From Macrostomum hystrix (taxonomy: Eukaryota; Animalia; Platyhelminthes): 64,000 bases of DNA. The stretch is taken from NCBI GenBank assembly GCA_950097015.1, contig CATNEN010000039.1, positions 7,440,001 through 7,504,000 on the forward strand, read 5' to 3'. The notes beneath the pieces are model-generated. The model was not told where the DNA came from. It saw only the letters and a program-made list of their open reading frames with translations, and ran no database searches. Shown here one piece after another: positions 55,701 through 64,000 of this stretch; position 1 is the stretch's first letter, and each line of letters begins with the position of its first letter. A program made the translations under genes and the position numbers.

Positions 55701-58700
55701 GACTGAATCTTTATGACCCGATGGACTGAATCTGTATGACCCAACGGACTGAATCTGTATGACCCAATGGACTGAATCTGTATGACCCGATGGACTGAAT
55801 CTGTATGACCCAATGGACTGAATCTGTATGACCCAATGGACTGAATCTGCTTTGAAGGGACTGAAGCTGCATGACCCAAGGATTTTAAGGGACTGAAGCT
55901 CCATGACCCACTGATTCGCGACCCTGAGAAGTGCAGAAATTCAGAAACTTTCTTGTTTTTCTTTCTGTTTCGGAAACTGCAGGCCGTCAAAGAAACAAAG
56001 ATTAATTTTTTGTTTTTCTGCTTAGGTGAAGCAGTTAGCTTATATGGCGTTGCAGGTGTGTTTCATGCATTTAGTGTTACAAAAATAATAAGAGAGGTGA
56101 GGAGAGACGGCTGTGTTGGTCTACTTATCAGTGCATGCCTTGTTTGGCTTGGGATCATCAGGCTTATAAGCAGCAGTTTTCCCCACTAGCATGCACAGTC
56201 TTCCCTATTTTTTCCCGTGTAAAACTTCAACGGTCCAGAAATTGTTGGTTTCCAGCCATCACCAATTATATAGCTGCTTCTGCTGCTGCTGCTGCTGCTG
56301 CATTTTTAGGAAATAGGCCATTAGGCGCCCTTCAGAAGAAGAAATGTCTGCAGACGATGCTTCATCACTGTCTTTAGCCTTGGGTCTGTCTGGGCTTGCA
56401 GCGTGGGCAGCGAATACCCGGCAGTGGCTCCAGTAGCTCCAGTAATGACGGATACGAGTCCAGATTCAGCACAGCGAATCCTTTATGCGCTGCATCTTAT
56501 TTGGTAAAAATTTATTCTTTGTCTAGGCGTGCAGGGAGCTATTGTGGGCATCGGAATTCTGGCCTAGATGTCGGGAGTTCGAATCTCAGCCTGAGTCTCA
56601 GATACTGTTTGTATCTAATACTTTTGCCACCGCATTCTAATAAACTTTCACCACTTTTAAGCATGTCTGTACAGGTACACATGTGCTCCAGCACGATGGC
56701 CCCCTGTTTCCAAGAATTCTCCCTAAACCACCGGGTTAATGATCACTTGAGAATGGGAAAATGTTTAATAAAGTGCAGCTTGACTGACAGGGGACGTTTT
56801 CTTTAAAAACAAAATCTTCAGAGTTTCAACTGGCCCATGCGCTACAGTTCCAATAGAATCGGAATGGAAGACACAAAAATGAGACAATTTTGAAATGCTT
56901 TTTTATTTCAAATCCTAGGATGTCCAGTCAATCTAGTGTTTGGTACATTGCAATGCACACGCCTTGGAAATTTCAGCTGTCAATTGTGGCCGGTGCAGGC
57001 GAAGCCACCCTCACAAGCTGCGGCTACTGCGTCTGCGAGCGAACATCCATCACCTGCGACTATGACAATGCGAAGGATCGCTCCAAAGGCGGTCTCAAGC
57101 TGCTCTCGGAGCTCGTGCCTACGGAGACCAACTTCCGCACCGCTGGTCTGGACCCCCTTACCTTCCAGGATCTCTACGTGAACTGCAAGAACACCCGAGA
57201 GCTGCTGAACCAGCGCATCAGCAGCAACTTACTGAGACCATTGTCCAGACTGAAGGTCATTTCTATCAACCGTTGCGACCTCACAGAGATCGACGCGGAC
57301 GCATTCGAGGGCCTGTACAACCTGGAGAAATTCGACTTCAGCTACAACCGGCTGGTGTCGCTGCCTCCCCGGCTGCTGGGCCAGCGCAGCATGACAGAAG
57401 TTGAGCTCAGCGGCAACCAGGGCCTGCGGCTCGACGCGCAAACCTTCCGCGGCCTCACCCTGCAGCGTCTGTCGCTGTCAAAGTGTCGCCTGACAGAGTT
57501 TCCGCTGAGCGCCATTTTCCCAATCAGCGGCCTGCGCGACCTCATCCTGACTGACAACGACATCCGCCACGTGCCGAGCGAAGCTCAGATGCTGATATCC
57601 AACCTGTCCAGCCTCTACCTGGATAAGAATCCCATTGAATGCAGCTGCGGGAACCGCTGGCTCAGGGAGTCTGTCGATTGGGACCGACTGTCGCCGCCAG
57701 TGACGCGGGTAAGTGCCGTCTGGTCATTGGTACAATTCGTAGTCTAATTCCTAGAATAATAGTTATTGCAGGAGGTCTGCGTGTAATGGAACATCATTTG
57801 GTGACACTAGACCTGCAGTCAGCGAGTAGGCGATTCTGCCCATTTCGCTGACTCCTGGATACACACGCACAGATACTGTACACAGGCACACGCTCACGCA
57901 GGTGTACATCTGCCCTGACGTTCTCCTTGTGTACACTCTCACTGTGCCTTGGAGGTTGGCCCTCAAGGGCGTAAAATGCACGACAAGCCCCCAAGCCTTC
58001 TATCCGCGGCTGCGCACCAAATGAATGTGGCCTCGCCACGGAATCGAGCTCAGGGACCTTGGTGCGAGAGGCAAACGCGTTAACCGCTCCGCCACTGACC
58101 CACTCTAATTCATAGAAAGCCGACCCCAGAGTTCCAATCCTTTCATCGAATCCGCAGACTTCCAAACTGCCTACCTGCAAGACACCCTTCAGCCTGATGG
58201 GCGTCGAGATCACCAAGGCTGAGCCTTCGAAGTTTGTCTGCGCACCGCCGCGCATCACCGGCGTAGACCTGCGGGTGTCTGAGAGCTCGGCTCTGCTGCA
58301 ATGCTCAGCAGACTCGGCCAGCCAACCCGCGCAGAGGCTGGCCTGGTCCTACCGACACCTGGCTGCCGATTTGCCAGCCTCGGGCTCAGCTTCTGCAGCT
58401 CACGAGGGCGCTCGCTTCGTCAAGGAGCTGAACAGACGCGGCGGCAGTGCCAGCGATCTGCTCATTGTCTACGCCGCTGCTAGCGACGGTCGCACAGCTG
58501 TCATCAATGTCAGCGTCCACTGGCCCAGGCAGTCGGCGGCAGCTGCAGACGCCTCCCTGACGGATCTGCCAGCCCACAACAGCCACTCGCCCATCGCAGT
58601 CGACAGCCCGCCAACGAACGCTGCGAACCGGGAACAGACGGGCCGCCCCGAGCCGGGGCAGTCGGACTACTACGCTGCCAAGCAGTTTACCCTGGTGGAG

Positions 58701-59087
58701 ATGATCGTGGCCGTCATCGGCACCTTCCTGGCCACCAGCCTGGTCTTCATGCTGTGCTGTCAGTTCGCTCGCTGGTACCGGCGGCGCGATAGGAAACGCT
58801 GGCTGCCTGCCAGCAGCGGCTACGCGGCTGCCACCACCTACGGCTACAGCCTGCACCAGCCGCACCAGGCCGCGTCACTGTCGCAGCACGAGTACGATGT
58901 ACCGCGTCTGGATCACCAGACACTGCAGCAACAGCAGCAGCTGTTACCGCCGCATCAGCAGCTGCCGCCGACGCTGCCCCTAAAGCTGCCGATCTCGGCA
59001 AGCATCACCGGCAACGGCGGGGTGACAGTCGCTGGCAGCTGCGAATTTTTAGACTTCAGCAATCCAAGACTAAAGTACAACGTGTGA
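52715..59087 (+). CDS. LRR + Ig-like single-pass transmembrane receptor (LIG/Kekkon-like architecture); exons 52715-52741, 56977-57708, 58158-59087 (about 562 aa)
   Basis: The 27-nt first exon MKILLYLFA|GTGAGT completes the signal peptide with LSIVAGAGEA. Then LRRNT (CGYCVC...ITC), LxxLxLxxN repeats, LRRCT NPIECSCGNRWL..|..CKTPFSLMG..FVC, Ig-like LLQCSA..LAW, TM MIVAVIGTFLATSLVFMLCC, and a cytoplasmic tail ending KYNV. Both introns are phase 0. Confidence 0.88.
52772..52900 (+). mobile_element. tRNA-derived SINE, 3'-truncated copy in LRR gene intron 1
   Basis: GAGTGGCAAAGCGG (A box)...CCTCTCGCACCAAGGTCCCCGAGCTCGATTCC (B-box-like)...; reverse-complement homolog of 57965-58098. Confidence 0.8.
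53985..54770. repeat. Degenerate (CATTCAC/CATTCACT)n simple repeat
   Basis: Directly visible. Confidence 0.93.
55068..55905. repeat. 23-bp minisatellite (ATGACCCAATGGACTGAATCTGT)n
   Basis: Directly visible; LRR gene intron 1. Confidence 0.97.
57841..58098 (-). mobile_element. tRNA-derived SINE, longest copy, in LRR gene intron 2
   Basis: Minus strand CAGTGGCGGAGCGGTTAACGCGTTTGCCTCTCGCACCAAGGTCCCTGAGCTCGATTCCGTGGCGAGGCCA is a tRNA-like head with Pol III A/B boxes, followed by a unique body and a TG-rich tail. Four other copies are in the window. Confidence 0.85.
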
Positions 59088-59104
59088 GATTTGAATTTCC
59101 TATT

Positions 59105-59600
59105 GAATCCCACCTGTGAATAGGGGATATTGAAGAATCTATCCAACCTATGAATAGGGCATATTGAAGAATCTATCCCACCTGTGAATAGGGGATATTG
59201 AAGAATCTATCCCACCTGTGAATAGGGGATATTGAAGAATCTATCCCACCTGTGAATAGGGGATATTGAAGAATCTATCCCACCTGTGAATAGGGGATAT
59301 TGAAGAATCTATCCCACCTGTGAATAGAGGATATTGAAGAATCTATCCCACCTGTGAATAGAGGATTTTGAAGAATCTATCCCACCTGTGAATAGAGGAT
59401 ATGGAAGAATCTATCCCACCTGTGAATAGACGATTTTGAAGAATCTATCCCACCTGTGAATAGAGGATATTGAAGAATCTATCCCACCTGTGAATAGGGG
59501 ATATTGAAGAATCTATGCCACCTTTGAATAGGGGATATTGAAGAATCTATCCCACCTGTGAATAGGGGATATTGAAGAATCTATCGCGCCTGTGAATTAA
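59105..59600. repeat. 34-bp minisatellite (CCCACCTGTGAATAGGGGATATTGAAGAATCTAT)n, immediately after the LRR gene stop codon
   Basis: Directly visible. Confidence 0.96.
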
Positions 59601-60921
59601 GAAGAGTGAATTTTTTACTTTTAAATGAATTAAAGTAGGCGAATTTACGAGCGTAAAAAATATTGCAGTGTTTTAAGTGAGGAAAACATATTCATTTCTC
59701 ATTCAAGAGTACTTAATTAAGTATTATTAAGCAAGTAAATTTTGAATTTTGAGAAATTCTTGCCCTACGAGCGAAGCTGTTTCTGTTTGGCCCGCTCTTG
59801 CTGTGCGCAGCCACCGCTAACACACGGTCCTTGCCCATTGTTCCCAGCTGTTCTATTTTGTTTAGCTGACTGAATATTTTTTGTCTAATTAATCGCTGTC
59901 ATTTGCTCAGTTGCCGCACTTCTCTTTATTGTCACTGCTTACTCGTTGAGTAATGCTCTTTTTGGAATCTCAAATTTCCTAATTCTGTACCGTACCGAGT
60001 TGTACATATTCAATGTACATGCATTCTCAACCAGTTGGTTTAGAAAACAGCTTACAACAGTACCACCGTCAACTCCTGGCTACCCGCGCATAGCTTTCAT
60101 TGAAAGAGAAAAAACCTGTTGATTAATGTCTGCTGATCATTATTTAGACAAGGCTAACGGACAACTTCTGTGCTTCATCGCATCTTAGATTCGCTAAACT
60201 GTAAATTGGTACTTCTGCGAGGGATAATATAAGCCCTGTTAAAATTTTATAGTCCTTTAACAATGCCCAATAACTTGATTTTATATTTAAATTTGTAAAA
60301 CAACGACATTTTTCTGAAGCAAATCTCGTTTTCTTATTGGTTGCTATGTATTTGTTTTAATTGATTCTTGACTTTTCGTGTTGCTAAATGCATGGCTTCA
60401 AAGATTTTGTTTAACTATAATTATCGTTTAAATAAGATTTGGATTCTATTCGATATTAAGCACTAGAAAAATATTGTACCCTGCAGTGGAAACTTGGAAA
60501 TAAACATTGTTCAAGCAATTTCGTTCGATCTATAAAATTATTAATCTAACGCTTGTGTTAGAAATTAATCAGACATTCGACAAATATTTAAATCTAAAAA
60601 ATATATATAACTAATTAGTTAACTTAAAGTCTAATCACACTAAACAAGTTTGTATCACACTAAAAATTAACTAAAGAAAAGTAGAAAGATGTTTACACGC
60701 AACTGGGCGAGCTGAGAAACTTTGGTTCTTGTTATTTGGTGCAAATTTCCGATGAAAGCTGCGTTGACAACTGCGGAATATTTTTCGGTTCTTGCCATGC
60801 CGCGAACCAAGAGTGTCTTTCAGTGTCGAGCAGCTCGTTTTGCTTTCTCAGCAATTTTTCTAATTCAACTGGTTTCTGCATATAGAAAGTCTTTGCCACT
60901 GTTAGCAGACTCTTGTTAACT

Positions 60922-61800
60922 CAAGCATCACTCCTTATCTAAGAATGTCACTCCTCATCTAAGTATGTCACTCCTTATATAAGAATGTCACTCCTTATCT
61001 AAGTATGTCACTCCTAATATAAGAATGTAACTCCTTATCTAAGAATGAAACTCCTTATCTAAGAATGTCACTCCTTATCTAAGAATGTCACTCCTTATAT
61101 AAGAATGTAATTCCTTATATAAGAATGTAACTCCTTGATTAAGAATGTCACTCCTAATCTAAGAATGTCACTCCTTATCTAAGTATGTCACTCCTTATCT
61201 AAGAATGTCACTCCTTATATAAGAATGTCACTCCTTATATAAGAATGTAACTCCTTAATTAAGAATGTCACTCCTAATCTAAGAATGTCACTCCTTATCT
61301 AAGTATGTCACTCCTTATCTAAGAATGTCACTCCTTATATAAGAATGTCGCTCCTTATATAAGAATTTCACTCCTTATTTAAGCATGTCACTCCTTATAT
61401 AATAATGTCACTCCTTATATAAGAATGTCACTCCTTATATAAGAATGTCACTCCTTATCTAAGAATGTCACTCCTTATATAAGAATTTCACTCCTTATAT
61501 AAGAATGTCACTCCTTATATAAGAATGTAATTCCTTATATAAGAATGTAATTCCTTATATAAGAATGTAACTCCTTAATTAAGAATGTCACTCCTAATCT
61601 AAGAATGTCACTCCTTATCTAAGTATGTCACTCCTTATCTAAGAATGTCACTCCTTATATAAGAATGTCACTCCTTATATAAGAATGTCACTCCTTATTT
61701 AAGAATGTCACTCCTTATTTAAGAATGTCAGTCCTAATCTAAGAATGTCACTCCTGATCTAAGAATGTCACTCCTTATCTAAGAATGTCACTCCTTATCA
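60922..61800. repeat. 20-bp minisatellite (AAGAATGTCACTCCTTATCT)n
   Basis: Directly visible. Confidence 0.97.
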
Positions 61801-62745
61801 ACGAATGCCACCCACTCAAGCTGTCTTATCAGATAATCTCCTATTAAAAGTGAAGGCCACTCAGCTGTTTAATTAAGCGCAAGGCTGCAAATAGTTTATA
61901 TTTTACTTGTACATTGAATTGTTAGGCAACACTCATTGACTTCATCAGTCAGTCAGTTCTGCGTCCCAATCTGCTTATTTGCCACCAAGTCCCGGGGAAA
62001 TTTAGCAAATCTGAATCCAGCTGGGAGATTCGGAAATTGGGAGATTGGGATATTATCCTTGATGCCGCACGCAACAGGCTTTCGGAGCCTATTGATTTAT
62101 CCCAATCGGGAGAAATCCCATGTGCTAACCCCCTCCTGAGCAGAGTCGAATGGCATCTGCTGATAAATATCGCAAACTGCAGCGCCTTGGCAAAGCCTTC
62201 ATGTTTGTACAGTTCGCCAAATTACTTTCTCGCCAGCATTTCACTGATTATTCTGTGTGCTCAGAGCACGGAGCTGTCTTCTACTGAGTCTGATTTCTGA
62301 AACTGCTCAAATACCGGCCTCTTATCACCATGTTTCTTGGAATTTATTCCGAGTGGTTGCTAAGGCGCTAGAAATTGTACAGGAGAAGTACTTAGGCAAG
62401 AAAACAATCACTCAGATAGATAAGGCCGACCCTAATTTAGAGAGAAAATTTTATAGTTCCGAGCACAAAAAAGGTTTGAAGTTTTTGCTCTCAAAGAGAC
62501 TAACTTGTTTGGGTTGTCCTTATAGCAACAGAAGCAGTCAGCAGCGGCGGCGGCTGCGGTTGGAGAGGTGGAAATCGATAACGTCCTGCAACTCGCATAG
62601 GGAAGTCCTAGCGATATTGATCTTTTCGGTTCGATTTCTTCGCTTTTATTTTGAGTTATTTTAGCGAACAAAGTTTTCCGGAAATGCTGAGATTTGACCT
62701 CGATCCGAATTTACTTTACAATCACTATTTATTTTGACTTGTAAG

Positions 62746-63248
62746 TCTGAGGGACTGAGGGACTGGGTACTGAGAGACTGAGGTACTGAGAGACTGAGTG
62801 ACTGAAGTACTGAGGTACTGAGGTACTGAGGGACTGATGTACTGAGGTACTGAGTGACTGAGGTACTGAGGTACTGAGGGACTGAGGTACTGAGGTACTG
62901 AGGTACTGAGGTACTGAGTGACTGAGGTACTGAGGTACTGAGGTACTGAGGGACTGAGGTACTGAGGTACTGAGGTACTGAGGGACTGAGGTACTGAGGT
63001 ACTGAGGTACTGAGGTACTGAGGTACTGAGGTACTGAGGTACTGAGGGACTGAGGTACTGAGGTACTGAGGTACTGAGGGACTGAGGGACTGAGGTACTG
63101 AGGTACTGAGGTACTGAGGTACTGAGGTACTGAGGGACTGAGGTACTGAGGTACTGAGGGACTGAGGTACTGAGGGACTGAGGTACTGAGGTACTGAGTG
63201 ACTGAGGTACTGTGGGACTGAGGTTCTTAGAGACTGGGTGACTGAGAG
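62746..63248. repeat. 8-bp repeat (GTACTGAG/GGACTGAG)n
   Basis: Directly visible. Confidence 0.96.
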
Positions 63249-63878
63249 AGAACAGACAAATGAATCAGGATGACGTCAGTCTGGTCACATGGTTAGATGT
63301 CCGGGCAATTAAATTTGGAAGCAAATTTAGAATCGGCTGCGAGCTGACTGATTGACAGCACAACTGAATTACAGATCAAACGGGCTATTGATTTGAAGTT
63401 CAAATTCTGCAACTATTGAGTAGAATGATGGAGTTGAGCGCCCTCGAAGGTCTAACTGCATTCCTCCTAGATATTGAATCGAATAGCGGTCAGTCGACAT
63501 GAGTCACACACTCTGTCTTGCCAATGCCGTGATAAACGGTATGCCAGCGCACTGCTTGCTAGTTGATCAATTCTGAGCACGTTGTCCGGCACCCATTCTG
63601 GAAGGCTGTGCCGGACTCGAAATTCGCACTGAGATGAATGTGACGTAATCCTGGGCCCATGGATGCAAATTACTCAATTAAGTTGCCCAGTATCACTATC
63701 GTATCTCTCCCACCCTCCCCTGGTCACTGCTGATTGGCCCCTGGCCCGGAGAGCAGCGAGCGAGACTGGTTCAAGCTTTCCTGTAATAAATACTCTCTTA
63801 TTCTTATTCATTTTTCTTTAATCCTTGGACAAGACACTTGAATTTCCCACACTGAAGCGATGCAGAGTTAACTGTCCT

Positions 63879-63932
63879 CGGACTACTTAATTAGTAATTA
63901 CTTAATTGCTTAATTTCTAATTAAGTAGTCCG
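63879..63932. other. 54-nt hairpin: 22-bp stem with one mismatch and a 10-nt loop
   Basis: CGGACTACTTAATTAGTAATTA (63879-63900) pairs with TAATTTCTAATTAAGTAGTCCG (63911-63932). Confidence 0.8.
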
Positions 63933-64000
63933 TTTAATTGTCTTGCTAATTGGCATGTTTTTTTTTCTCTGAATAATTCGAACCCCCGATGTTCAAGTTG

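Noticed and set aside
58025-58098. Possible tRNA gene (also 52772-52845)
   Set aside because: Poor acceptor and T stems and an altered B box; it is attached to a shared downstream body in several dispersed copies, so it is a SINE head.

Overview
Eukaryotic, intron-containing animal genomic DNA. About a quarter to a third of it is minisatellite. The GC-rich exons, AT-rich spacers and many 10-35 bp minisatellites resemble the flatworm Macrostomum lignano; this is an inference from style, not proven. Spliced gene models, assembled by hand from GT-AG sites with consistent intron phases: an AUTS2/FBRSL1/tay-like exon running off the left edge (-); a divergent 4-exon class A 7TM GPCR (-); GOPC/PIST (+, 5 exons); a heat-shock factor (+, 2 exons); a GT32 DXD glycosyltransferase (-, 2 exons); an unrecognised 4-exon gene (+); ARF1 (-), present twice inside an apparently perfect 9,210-bp head-to-tail tandem duplication (33634-42843 / 42844-52053); and an LRR-Ig single-pass receptor (+, 3 exons). 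Mobile DNA: a relic made of two different Crypton-type tyrosine recombinase 3' halves fused back-to-back (28198-29164, the most unusual object here); a hAT-type MITE with 8-bp TSDs (2 independent insertions plus 1 duplicated copy); a tRNA-derived SINE family (5 copies, two of them inverted around an in-frame exon); a fold-back element; and a decayed RTE-like LINE fragment. Most long ORFs in the supplied track are translations of minisatellites and are not genes.
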